NCBI RefSeq assembly: GCF_963921235.1
Contig: NC_086108.1
Coordinates: 21,142,001 to 21,206,000 of the forward strand
DNA from: Mobula hypostoma
Lineage: Eukaryota
Length of the DNA: 64,000 nt
Direction: 5' to 3'
The notes beneath the pieces are model-generated. The model worked only from the letters and a program-made list of their open reading frames with translations. It did not search any database and had not been told where the DNA came from. This document shows positions 1 to 11,353 of this stretch, in pieces (position 1 is the first letter of the stretch; each line of letters opens with the position of its first letter). Both the position numbers and the translations under genes were made by a program.

Positions 1-270
1 GCGTTCAATTCCTGCCACTGTCTGTAACAAGTTAGTACGTTCTCCCCATGACCATGTAGGTTTCTTCAGGGTGCTCCAGTTTCCTTCCACATTTCAAAGA
101 TGGATAGTAAAGGTTGGTGAGTTGTGGTCATGCTCTGTTGGTGTTGGAGGCATGACAATACCTGTGGGCTTCCTCCAGTACAAACCTCGTTTTGTAATTG
201 GTCATTGACACAAAACAACGTGTTTCACTGATGTTTCAATGTACATGTGACAAATCTAATCTTTAAACTT
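1..270 (+). mobile_element. V-SINE-like element, 5'-truncated by the window edge
   Basis: Degenerate V-domain core GTACGTTCTCCCCATGACCATGTAGGTTTCTTCAGGGTGCTCCAGTTTCCTTCCACATTTCAAAGA, ending in a short repeat tail near 255-270. Confidence 0.7.
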
Positions 271-271
271 T

Positions 272-690
272 AGAGAGGGTGCAGAGGAGATTTACCAGGA
301 TGCTACCTGTCTTATGAGGACAGGTTGAGCAAGCTTGGGCTATTTGCTTTGCAGCGAGGGAGGATGAGAGGTGACTTGATAGAGGTGTGTAAGATGATAA
401 GAGGCATGGATAGGGCGAATATGGCTAATACAAGCAGGCATAATTTTAAGGTGATTGGAGGAAAGTAAGGGGATGTCAGAGGAAAGTTTTTACACAGAGT
501 GTGAGCGCATGGAACACCCTGCTAGGAGTGGTGGTAGAGGCAGATACTTTAGGGACATCTAAGAGATTCTTAGGCAGATGGCTGAAAGAAAAATTGAGGG
601 CTATGTGGGAGGAAAGAATTAGATTGATCTTGGAGTAGGCTAAGAGATCAGTACAATATCATGTGATAAAGGGGCAGTATTGTGCTTCGT
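272..690 (+). mobile_element. CR1 LINE 3' fragment
   Basis: Decayed ERVQRRFTRML...RMRGDLIEVCKMIRG, the C-terminal ORF2 signature also seen in the longer CR1 copies of this window. Confidence 0.8.
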
Positions 691-702
691 CAATATGTCT
701 AC

Positions 703-1522
703 TGTTAGATCATCAGCAACAATGAATATAGAATTGAGTCAGGTTTTATAAACAAACATAAACATTTATTAAACTCTGCTCAACTATAGCGAAAAGTATT
801 TCAAACGACTAACTTAACTGGAAGTTAACTGCTATACAGCAACTCTGGAATAGTTCTTAAAGTGGTAAATTCAAACACAGTCTTAAAGTGGTAAATTCGA
901 ACACAGTCTTAAAATGGTAAATTTGAAAGTCCAAGTGATTTACACAGTCAATAAGGAGAGACTTCTCTGGAAACGGATTTCTTCGAAGACATGATGTTAC
1001 TGCTGATTCTGTCCAAAGGATTCACAACAAAGGAAATAAACGGCTGAAAGGAACTGACCTTTTCCTTGGCGAATGAACACTGCAAAAACTTTCCTAATCT
1101 TACAGGGATTATCTCAGATGTAGGTCGCTATTTCTGAACGAAGATTCAATAAGGTCGATCCTTTATGAAACCGCCAAACGACACCAACTTTACTCAATCC
1201 TTCAGGTTCCTGTAATTTAGTAAGGTCTTCACTCTCCAATACTAGACTTACAATAGAAAGTAAAACTCCATTTTAAAATGAAACTGCGTCATGAGACGGA
1301 TACACAGCATAACGGAGTAACTGACGAATTAAACAACAAATCAACCGCGTAACAACAGGGGTTTCCCGTTATATACCTGTTGAGAACATGTCATCATGTG
1401 ACCTCACACTGGCGGGATAATTACATCACCCACCATCACAAGACCATTACATCATGCTCACAAGATACTCAATTACATCATGGTCCTAAGACAGTCACAG
1501 GATACCCACGAGATATGTAACA
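703..1522 (-). mobile_element. Solo LTR (Gypsy/ERV-type), 820 bp
   Basis: TGTTA...TAACA inverted termini and a perfect 4-bp TSD CTAC (699-702, 1523-1526). Minus-strand TATA-like site ~1370 and AATAAA ~765-770. Internal 26-bp unit x3 at 855-927. Confidence 0.85.
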
Positions 1523-1669
1523 CTACTTTGATGTCAAGGAAAGATCATCTGATGATCATTCTCATTCCTTTCTGATTATGATCATTCCAGATGTGCATGG
1601 GCTCCTAAAGTGCCACTATCACTCCTAGAGGCAACAAGTAAACAAAAATCGAGTATAATGATATATTCT

Positions 1670-1945
1670 GATGGTCCAGTGTTAAACAAAGAGGTGAAGA
1701 AGGTGTATATCATACTTGCCTTGATAAGTCAGGGTTCTGAGTATAAAGTTGGGAAGTAATATTGCACTGTATAAAAATTTAGTTCAATTACATTTGAGGA
1801 AAGGACGTGAAGGCTTTGGAGAGGGTGCAGAAGAAGTTCGCCAGAATGTTGCATCAATTGGAGTGTATCAGCTACAATGAGAGGTTGGATACATTTAGGT
1901 TGTTTAATCTAGAGCTTTGCAAACTGAGGGGCAATTGACGGAAAC
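1670..1945 (+). mobile_element. CR1 LINE ORF2 C-terminal fragment, decayed
   Basis: RKDVKALERVQKKFARML-like remnant. Confidence 0.7.
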
Positions 1946-1994
1946 ATCAGATTGATACTTCCAGGTATAATTTTAGTTAGATAGCTTCTGAGGT

Positions 1995-2690
1995 CAAGAG
2001 TTGAGAGCTTCAAGTTCCTGGAAGTGAACATCGTCAATAGCCTGCCCTTTCCAACCACAAGGATGCCATGGCTAGGAAAGCTTGCTAGTGCCTACCCTCC
2101 TCAGAAGGGTAAAGAAATTTGGCATGTTCCCTTTGACCCTCACCAACTTTTACTGATACACTGTAGAAAGGAAGCAACCAATCCAGGTGCATCACAACTT
2201 GGTATGGCAACCGCTCTGCCCAAACTGCAAGAAACTACTCAGAGTTGTGACATCATGGAAACTAGCTTCCACTCCATGGACTTGCTTACTCCTTGGTAGA
2301 GCAGACAACATAATTAAAGACCCTGTGCACACTGGCTATTCGCTCTTCTTCTCCCCACACACTCATCAGGCAAAAGATTGAAAAGCCTGAAAGCATGAAC
2401 CACGAGGCTCGTATAGTTTCTTTCCCACTGTTATATGACTATTGAATGGTTCTCTGGTATAAGATGGACCCTTGACCTCATAGTACACCTTGTTATGGTC
2501 TTGCACCTATGTGTCTACCTGCTCTGCACTTTCCTCTGTACTGTACACTTCATTCTGCTTTCAGTTATTGTTTCTACCTTGTACTCCCTCAATGCACTGT
2601 TGCAATGAAATTATTTCTATGGGTGGTAACCAAGACATGTTTTTCACTGTTCTTCAGTATATGTGATAACAATAAACCAACTTACCAACT
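1995..2690 (+). mobile_element. Rex1/Babar-type LINE 3' fragment
   Basis: RVESFKFLEVNI...IIKDPVHTGYSLF remnant, with a 3' UTR ending in AATAAA (2671) and a short repeat tail. Confidence 0.7.
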
Positions 2691-2694
2691 CATA

Positions 2695-4362
2695 AAATGT
2701 TATGAGAGGAATAGATTGTGTAGTCAGAGTCTTTTTTGCCAAGGGTGAAAATGTCAAATACTTAGTGGGCATAATTTTAAAGTAAAAGAAAAAGTTTAAA
2801 GGAGATTTGAGGTAAGTTTATTTTTTACACAGTAACTGGTAGGTGCATGGAAAATGTAGAATCAGAGAAGATAGTGAGTTTTAAGAGGTATTTAGACAAG
2901 CACAAGAATAGTCACGGAACAGAGGGATATATACCCGTCTGCTGGTAAATGGGATCAGTTAATTTGAATCTTAGGATGATTTGGTAGATGAAGGTGTGGT
3001 TGAGGAACTGGTGCAGGGGGCAGGGATTCAGATTTCTGGATTATTGGCATCTCTTCTAGGGAAGATATGATCTGTACAAAAGGGACAGGCTACACCTGAA
3101 CCCAAGGGGAACCAATATCCTTACAGGCACGTTTGCTAGCGCTGTTTGGAAGGGTTTATATTATTTTGGCAGGGGATGAAAATTGGAGTGATAGTGCTGC
3201 GAATGGGGTAGTTGGATTACAAACAGAAGCAATGTGAGACTGCTAGCAAGGAGAGGCTGATGATAGGGCAAAACTGCAGTGAACAGGATGAGTTGCATGT
3301 GGCACACAGAATAAGGTAGATGAACTTGTAGCACAACTATAGATTGGCATGTATGACATTGAGGGCAGCACTTAATCGTGGCTCAAAGAAGATTAGAGCT
3401 GGGGGCTTGCATTGAAAGGACAGGCAGAAAGGCAGAAGGGGTGGAGTGGCTCTGTTGGTAAAAAATGAATCAAATCATTAGAAAGAGGTGACATAGGATC
3501 AAAAGGTGTGGAATCGTTGTGGATAGAGCTGAGAAACTGCAAGGGTAAAAAGACCCTGGTGGGAGTTATATTCAGACTTCTGAGCAGTAGCAAAAATGTG
3601 GTCTACAAATTATTCTTCCTACAACCCTCATTCTTCCAAATTCCAGTGAATACAGGCCCAGAGCCATTAAGCACTCTTCAAATGACAAGGCGTTCAATCC
3701 TGTAGTCATTTTTGTGAACTTCCCTTGAACCCTCTTCAGTGTCAGCACATCCCTTCTATTTAAGGAGCCCAACTTGCTCACAGTATCAGTACTCCCAGTG
3801 AGGCCTTGCCAGTGCTTTATAAAGCCGCAGCATTACATCATTGCTTTTATATTCTAGTCCTCTCAAAACAAATGCTAACATAACATTTGCCTTCCTCACC
3901 ACTGCCTCAACATGTAAATTAATGAGGGACAAGGAAATGGCAGCTGAACTGAATGATATTTTGCATCAGCCTTCACTGTTGTAGACTCTAGTGGTATGCT
4001 AGTTCAAGAATATCAGGGACAGAAGTGAGTGTAGTTGCTATTATGAGGGAGAAGGTGCTTGGGAAACTGAAAGGTCTGAAAATCAATAAGTTACCTGGAC
4101 CAGATGATCTACACCCCAGGGTTCTGAAAGAGGTGGCTGAAGAGATTGTGGAGGTATTAGTAATGATCTTTGAAGAATCAGTAGATTCTGGTATGGTTCC
4201 AGAGGACTGAAAAATTGCAAATGTCACTCTACCCTTCAAGGAGGGAGAAAGACAGAAAAAAGGAAATTATAAACCAGTTAGTCTGACCTCAGTGGTTGGG
4301 AAGGTGTTGGAGTCGATTGTTAAGGATGTGGTTTCAGGGTACTTGGAGGCACATGATAAATT
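2695..4362. mobile_element. Mosaic of CR1 fragments: + ~2695-3610, - ~3612-3920, + ~3920-4362
   Basis: Esterase end (DRLHLNPRGTNIL), endonuclease ESLWIELRNCKGKKTLVGVIFR, antisense KRVQGKFTKM, and tether/RT PGPDDLHPRVLKEVAEEIV. Confidence 0.75.
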
Positions 4363-4364
4363 TG

Positions 4365-5222
4365 ACTGAAGACAGAAAGAAAAGAGGGAGACGCACAAGA
4401 GGAAGGTGATGGGCAGGTAAAAAGATAAGGTGAGAGAGGAAAAACGGGAGTGGGGAGGGGGGTGGTATTACCGGAAGTTCAAGAAATTAATGTTTATGCC
4501 ATCAAGTGCACCTGTGAGTCTGTTGGGGTCATCTACTGTATCCAGTGCTCCTGGTGTGGCCTCCTGTATATCGGTGAGACCCAACATAGATTGGGAGACT
4601 GCTTTGCCAAGCATCTATACTCCGTATGCCAGAAAAAGTAGGAACTCCCAGTGGCCACCCATTTTAATTCCACTTCCCATCCCCATTCCGACATGTCAGT
4701 CCATGGCCTCCTCTACTGTCATGATGAGGCCACACTCAGGTTGGAGGAACAGCACCTTATATTTCGTCTGGGTAGCCTCCAACCTGATGGCACGAACATC
4801 AATTTCTCAAACTTCTGGTAATGCCCCCCCTCACCCTCCCCACTCCCTTTTTCTCTCTCTCACCCTATTTCCTTACCTGTTCATCTCCTCCCCTGGTGCT
4901 CCTCCCCTTTTTCTTTCTTCCATGGCCTTCTGTTCTCTCCTATTAGAGTCCCCCTTTTCCCGCCCTGTATTTCTTTCACCAATCAACTTCCCAGCTCTTT
5001 ACCCCTCCATTCCTCTCGGTTTCACCTATTACCTTTTGTTTCTTCCTCCCCTCCCCCAACCTTCTGACTCTGACTTCTCTTTTTTTTCCTCCAGTCCTGA
5101 TGAAGGGTCTCAGCCTGAAACATTGACTATATTCTTTTCCATAGATGTTGCCTTTTCTGCTGAGTTCCTCCAGCATTTTGTGTGTGTTGCTTGGGTTTCC
5201 AGCATCTGCAGATTTTCTCTTG
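4365..5222 (+). mobile_element. Penelope-like element 3' part (GIY-YIG endonuclease remnant and pseudo-LTR) with an inverted partial copy upstream
   Basis: TCESVGVIYCIQCSWCGLLYIGETQHRLGDCFAKHL at 4507-4620 is a GIY-YIG motif. 4365-4504 is a diverged reverse complement of ~4785-4900. Terminal CTGATGAAGGGTCTCAGCCTGAAAC...CCAGCATCTGCAG. Confidence 0.85.
5092..5129 (+). ncRNA. Minimal type I hammerhead ribozyme motif of the Penelope pseudo-LTR, probably decayed
   Basis: AGTC-CTGATGA-AGGGTCTCAGCCT-GAAAC-ATT-GACT: both catalytic boxes, stem II and stem I (AGTC/GACT) are visible. The presumed ACGTCG reads ACATTG. Confidence 0.65.
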
Positions 5223-5224
5223 TT

Positions 5225-7950
5225 GGCATTTCTCTCGCTGATGAAAGTCTCTCCAAAGTTTTGCCGGCACATCCAAGTGAGCACTCTTAGAGATAACGGC
5301 GGGAGGAGAAGATGGTGGCACGATGCAGCTCGCAGTGGCCACTCCGGTGGTGATGTCTGTTATCTGTCAAGTAGGGTGCCGTGCACAATCCTGATTTGAT
5401 GGAGACAGACGTGAGAGCACAGAGGAACATCTGGTGAAACTTCTGAAATGCCTGTTTCGCTGCCACTGCTACTGTGTGAACCAGAATCTCCGGAGGGGAA
5501 GGCCCCGAGTCCTCGGCTTTGCTTGTTGCTCGGCAGCTAGGGCGGGGTCGAAGCGCTCGGCAGAGATGGTGCTCAGTGCTCAGTGTCGGAGGGCTGGTTG
5601 GAGACTCTAAGTTTTCGGACGGACTCAGAGTTGGCTGCGGTCGGGTGCTTCCAATGCATTGGCAAGTTTGCGACGCTTGGAGGTTCATGGCAGGGAGAGT
5701 TTCTCCCTTCTACCGTCTGCATGAGATGATGGGGCTATAGGGACTTGAGACTTTTTTTTACCGTGCCCATGGTCTGCTCTTTATCAAATTACGGTATTGC
5801 TTTGCACTGTTGTAACTATATGTTATAATTATGTGGTTTTGTCAGTTTTAGTCTTGGTTTGTCCTGTGTTTCTGTGATATCTTTCTGGAGGAACATTGTA
5901 TCATTTTTTAATGCATGCATTTCTAAATGACAATAAACGAGGACTGAGTGTCCTCATAATCTAACCTAATCTAATAACACACTAGACTACTGTTACATTC
6001 TCTTCTGCAATGCTTACAAAGCTCTCCTTCGCCCAGCTTTTGGAAAATCAGATCACTCTTCGATCCTGCTTTTGTCGATGTACAGAAGCTGAAACAAGAG
6101 GTGGCCATAGTTAAACCCGTCCACTGTTGGTCCGACTAATCTGCCTCCATGCTGCAGGACTGCTTCGATGACGCCAACTGGAATGTCTTCCATGGTGAGG
6201 ATATCTCTGAGTTCATGGATGGAGTCACGTGCTTCATCCAGAAGTGCGTTGACGATGTTGTCCCCCAGAAGTCGGTCAGAGTCTTCCCGAACCAGAAACC
6301 CTGGATCAATAGTTCTGTGTAAGCAGCACTTACCGCACGATATAGAGCTTACATTGCACACATGACTTGCGGCGAGGGTTGCATACCATCGCAGATTTCA
6401 AACCAAATGTAGTGGTGCCACCATCATCACAGCCTCTCTCCCAGATGAGCTCAAATGCTTTTACACTCAGTTCAATGTCGCTAACTCTGAGACTCCGAGG
6501 AAAGCCACTGCTACAACATGCAACCTGGTCATCCGAGGCTGAGGGATGCAGGTGTGTTTACTGACATTTTTAATCTCTCCCTCTCCCAGTGTAGAGTGCC
6601 CTCCTGCTTCAAATGATCCACCATTGTCCCTGTTCCAAAAAAGACCAAGTTAACATCCCTGAACAACTGGCATCCTGTCGCAATCACCTCAATAATAAGC
6701 AAATGATTTGAGAGGCTAGTCAAGGATTACATCTGCAATATGCTACCACCCACACTGGACCCCCTACAACTTGCCTACAGACACAACCGATTGATACATG
6801 GCGCAATAACCACTGCTCTACATACTGTCCTTGCACATCTGGAGAAGAAGGATGCTTATGTGAGAATGCTGTTCTTGGACTACAGTTTAGCATTTAACAA
6901 CATAGTTCCATCCAGGCTAGACAGGAAGCTGAGGGACCTTGGCCTTGACACTGCCTTCTGCAGCTGGATCCTGGACTTCCTGTCAGATCGCATACAGGTG
7001 GTAAGAGTAGGCTCCCTCACTTCCACTCCTCTGACTCTCAACACAGGTGCCCCTCAGGGTTGTGTACTAAGTCCCCTCCTTTATTCCCTGTATACCCATG
7101 ACTGTGTCGCCACCCACAGCTCTAATCAGCTAATTAAATTTGCCAACAGCACTGCATTGATTAGCCTAATCTCAAACAATAATGAGGTGGCCTACAGGGA
7201 AGAAGTCATCTCTCTGACACAGTGGTGTCAAGAGAGCAATCTCTCCCTCAATGTCGCAAAAACAAAGGAGCTGGTTGTGGATTACAGGAGGATGGAGATG
7301 GGCTAACCGTGATTTACATTAATGGATCAGGGGTTGAGAGGGTAAACAGCTTCAAGTTCCTTGGCATCCACATCACCGAGGACCTCACATGGTCTGTACG
7401 TACCAGCTGTGTGGTGAAAAAGGCACAACAGCACCTCTTTCACCTCAGATGGTTGAGGAAGTTTGGTATGGGCCCCCAGATCCCCAGAGGGGCACAATTG
7501 AGAGCATTCTGACTGGGTGCATCAGTGCCTGGTATGGGAACTGTACCTCCCTTAATTGCAGGACTCTACAGTGAGTGGCGTGGACAGCCCAGCGCATCTG
7601 TAGTTGTGAACTTCCCATGATTCAGGACATTTACAAAGACAGGTGTGAGAAAAGGGCCCGAAGGATCATTGGGTACCCAAGTCACCCCAACCACAATCTA
7701 TTCCAGCGGTTACCATCTGGGAAACAGTACTGCAGCATAAAAGCCAGGACCAGCAGGCTTTGGGACAGCTTCTTCAACTAGGCCACCAGACTGATTAACT
7801 CACGCTGATCTGAGTGTATTTCTATGTTACATTGATTGTTCTATTTAGAATAAATTATTACAAATTACTGTGATTGCACATTGCACAATTAGATGGAGAT
7901 TTACTCCTCATGTATATGAAGGATGTAAGAAATAAAGTCAATTCAATTCT
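5225..7950 (+). mobile_element. Rex1/Babar-clade LINE, 5'-truncated and decayed, interrupted at 5298-5973
   Basis: Endonuclease end HIQVSTLRD|NTLDYCY spans the insertion. RT remnant LDPLQLAYRHNR...YVRMLFLDYSLAFN...GAPQGCVLSPLLYSLYTHDC...KFANST at 6740-7306. Tail AATAAAGTCAATTCAATTC. Confidence 0.88.
5298..5973 (+). mobile_element. Non-autonomous retroposon (~680 bp), copy 1
   Basis: Starts GGCGGGAGGAGAAGATGG and ends AATAAA...(AATCT)-like tail. 5-bp TSD ATAAC (5293-5297, 5974-5978). Homologous antisense copy at 53215-53871. Confidence 0.8.
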
Positions 7951-8571
7951 CCTCAGCCTCCACAGCTTTTGCAAACTGCTGCATTGTTCTGACAAGATGG
8001 TGACAGCGACCAATGGCGACTACTTGCATACAGCTATCAAAACTACTGGATATTCTTCTTCAAAATATGCTGCTTCTTCTTCTGAACCGGGGTTGATTGC
8101 AGCTTGCAATTTCTCTTTTATGAATGTACTTTTGGACTGACTGAATGATCTGGCATTTCTGTTATCTCCTGGGGGATTTGGTGTAGAGTGCAGCTATGGC
8201 TATCACTGGGGTTGTACACTGCATCAATTCCTAATGGTGGAACATGAACCTGTGGTCAACTTCATTACTCCTCGCTGATTAAAGCAGCAAGCAAAATTAA
8301 AATCGATGAGGAAAGAGCAGAAAACAAATGGGTGTCCGGTCCCGTCTGCCTGCATGTGACTGGTCTCCCTCTTGCAACTGCTGGAAGAAGGTGCAGTAGT
8401 CTTGGGTTCCATGCTGCAAGGGTTGATTGCTGAGTTCCTCCTGCATTTTGTGTGTGTTTCTCAAGATTTTCAGCATCTTGTGGTTTCGTTTTCCTCCCCC
8501 TATTGTTGTCTATGTGTAAGTGCAGGCACATTTAGGGCAGATTCTGTAATAGTGGCCTACTTCCCCACATA

Positions 8572-9141
8572 CACTCAGTGGACATTTTATTAAGTATACC
8601 TGTACACCTGCTCATTATTGCAAATATCTAATTAGCAATCACGTGGCAGCAACTTAATCTATAAAAGCATGCAAACATGGTCAAGAGGCTCATTTGTTCA
8701 GACCAAATATTAGAATGAGGAAGAAATTTGATCTAAATGACTGAATGTGGAATGATTGTTGCTGCCAGATGGAGCGGTTTGAATAAATCAGAAACTGTTG
8801 ATCTCCTGGGATTTTCACACAGAAAAGTCTCTAGAGTTTACAGAGAATGGTGCAAAAAACAAACAAAAATAAAATCCAGTGAGCTGCAGTTCTGTGGTGG
8901 AAAATGGCTTGTTTATGGGAGAGGTCAGAGAAGAATGGCCAGAGTGGATTCAAGCTGACAGGAAGGCTTCAGTAACTCAACTAACTATGTGCTACAATAG
9001 TGGTGTGAAGAAGAGCATCTCCGATTGCAATATAAGTCAAATCTTGAAATGGGTGTGCTGCAGTTGCAGAAGACCATAAATGTACACTCCGTGGCCACTT
9101 CGCTAGGTACAGGAGGTACTTAATAAAGTGGCAACTGAGTG
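8572..9141 (+). mobile_element. Internally deleted Tc1-like DNA transposon (fish TC1DR3-like type)
   Basis: TA|CACTCAGTGGACATTTTATTAAGTA at the left end and TACTTAATAAAGTGGCAACTGAGTG at the right end. N-terminal HTH remnant ECGMIVAARWSGLNKSETVDLLGFSHRKVSRVYREW...RGQRRMAR. No catalytic domain. Confidence 0.8.
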
Positions 9142-9159
9142 CATGCTCCATCACTAGTT

Positions 9160-9420
9160 TTCCTTACATTCCTTGGTCTGGTGGCCTTTCTGCTTGCAGT
9201 TTTTGCAGATCACTTTGCATGACTTTTTTTGCAATTGCAGCATATATCCTGCCTCCATTATGCACCAACTATTTCCTCCAATTGCAAACACCAAGAGCAG
9301 GTGGATAACAGCTCGCTTTTTGTCTATCCATATTGGTACTTTTGCCTGGCATTTGCTTGTCCAGATACAAAGAGGTTATAGATGTTAATGCAGTTTCTTC
9401 TTCCATAATGTGCCAGGAAA
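9160..9420 (-). mobile_element. Tx1/L1-clade LINE ORF1 relic with a CCHC zinc knuckle
   Basis: Minus strand ~9164-9214 reads VICKNCKQKGHQTKECK (C-x2-C-x4-H-x4-C), preceded by a VFAIGGN remnant. Confidence 0.55.
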
Positions 9421-9742
9421 GTTCACATATCTATGACTGACACAAACAGATTAAACATACTTTAACGTTAAGCATAATTAAAACATAAAGTAAACATAAT
9501 TTCTTTGGCAGTTGAACGGGGCACGACTGCGCAAGCGCGTGAAAGTCAGCCTGTGAGGCAGCGGGAAAGTTTAAAAAAGCGAGCAGGTTAACACAGCAGG
9601 CAATGTTGCAGCAGGCGTCGGAGTAGTGGGAGACATAGTAGGAAGGCTTTGGCTCGAGGTGCTTCGGCGAGCAGAGGCTGCTCCCAGTGAGGTAAGACCG
9701 GGTAAGTTCCTTTAATTAATCTAATTAACTTAGAATTAGGTA

Positions 9743-10683
9743 ATGCAGGCAGCAGTTAGGGCAGTTGAGTGCTCCATTTGCAGTATGTGGGAAGTCAGAG
9801 GCAGCACAATTGTCCCTGATGACTACACCTGTGAAAGGTGCATCCAACTGCACCTCCTGACAAACCAAGTTAGGGAACTGGAGCTGGAGTTGGATGAACT
9901 TCGGATCATTCGGGAGGCAGCGGCAGAAATAAACAGGAGTTACAAGGAGATAGTCACCCCTAAAAGTCAGGAGGCAGGTAGCTGGGTGACTGTCAGGAGA
10001 GGGAAGGGGTATAGACGGAATGAGCAGAGCACCCCTGTGGCCGTTCCCATCAATAGTAAGTATACCGTTTTGGATACTGTTGGTGTGGACGACCTACCAG
10101 GGACAAGTTGCAGTGGTTGCATCTCTGGCACCAAGACTGGACCCTCAGCTCAGAAGGGAAGGAGGGAAAAGAGGAGAGCAGTAGTGACAGGGGATTCGAT
10201 AGTTAGGGGGACAGATAAGAGGTTCTGTGGAAAAGATCGAGAATCCCGGATGGTCTGTTGCCTCCCTGGTGCCAAGGTCCACGATATCTTGGATCAAGTT
10301 CTCAGTATTCTCAAGAGGGAGGTGAGCAGCCGGATGTCATGGTCCATGTAGGGACCAATGACGTGGATAGGAAGAAGGAGGAGGTCCTGAAAGGTGAGTT
10401 TAGGGAGTTAGGTGCCAAGTTAAAGGACAGGGCCTCCAGGATAGCAATCTCAGGATTGCTACCAGTGCCACGTGCAGGCGGGTTTAGAAATAGCAAGATA
10501 GAGCAGATCAACACATGGCTGAAGACATGGTGCAGGAGGGAGGGCTTCAGATTTATAGATAATTGGGCAGTTTTCCAAGGAAGCTGCGACCTGTTCCTGC
10601 CGGACGCTTTACATCTGAATTGGAGGGGGACAAATATTCTTACAGGTAAGTTTGCTAGAGAGGATCCAGTGGAATTAAACTAG
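9743..10683 (+). pseudogene. CR1 ORF1 (zinc finger, leucine zipper, SGNH/GDSL esterase), frameshifted near 10320
   Basis: CSIC...CERC, VRELELELDEL, GDSIVRG, VHVGTND, DALHLN. Confidence 0.88.
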
Positions 10684-11353
10684 ATATAAGGAGGGGGGAG
10701 TGGAACAAGAATGTAGGAACAGATGTAGGGGAGAAGGAAGAAAAAGAAGATAGTAAAGTTGTTTGCACCGTTAGTGATAAACAGAGAGTAAGAGGTGGAG
10801 ATTTCCTTAAATGCATTTATTTTAACGCTAGGAGCATTGTAAGAAAGGTGGATGAGCTTAGAACATGGATTGGTACCTGGAAATATGATGAGGTAGCTAT
10901 TAGTGAAACATGGTTGCAGGAGGGGTGTGATTGGCAACTAAATATTCCTGGATTTCGTTGTTTCAGGTGTGATAGAATTGGAGGGACAAGAGGGGGAGGT
11001 GTTGCATTGCTTGTCGGAGAAAATATTACAGCGGTGCTCTGGCAGGATAGAGGGCTCGTCTAGGGAGGCTATTTGGGTGGAACTGAGGAATGGGAAAGGT
11101 GTAGTAACACTTATAGGGGTGTATTATAGACCACCTAATGGGCAGCAAGAATTGGAGGAGCAAAATTGTAAGGAGATAGCAGATATTTGTAGTAAGCACA
11201 AGGTTGTGATTGTGGGAGAATCTTTATGTTCCTGTTAGGTTTAAAGGAAAGGTTAAAAGTTTGAGAGAGCCATGGTTTTGAAGGAATATTGGAAACTTGG
11301 ATCGGAAAAAGAGAGATATCTACAATAAATATAGGCAGCATGGAGTAAATGAG

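Noticed and set aside
4430..5290. 286-aa ORF as a gene
   Set aside because: It is an off-frame read-through across an inverted Penelope junction and a pyrimidine-rich pseudo-LTR; the GIY-YIG motif is in a different frame.
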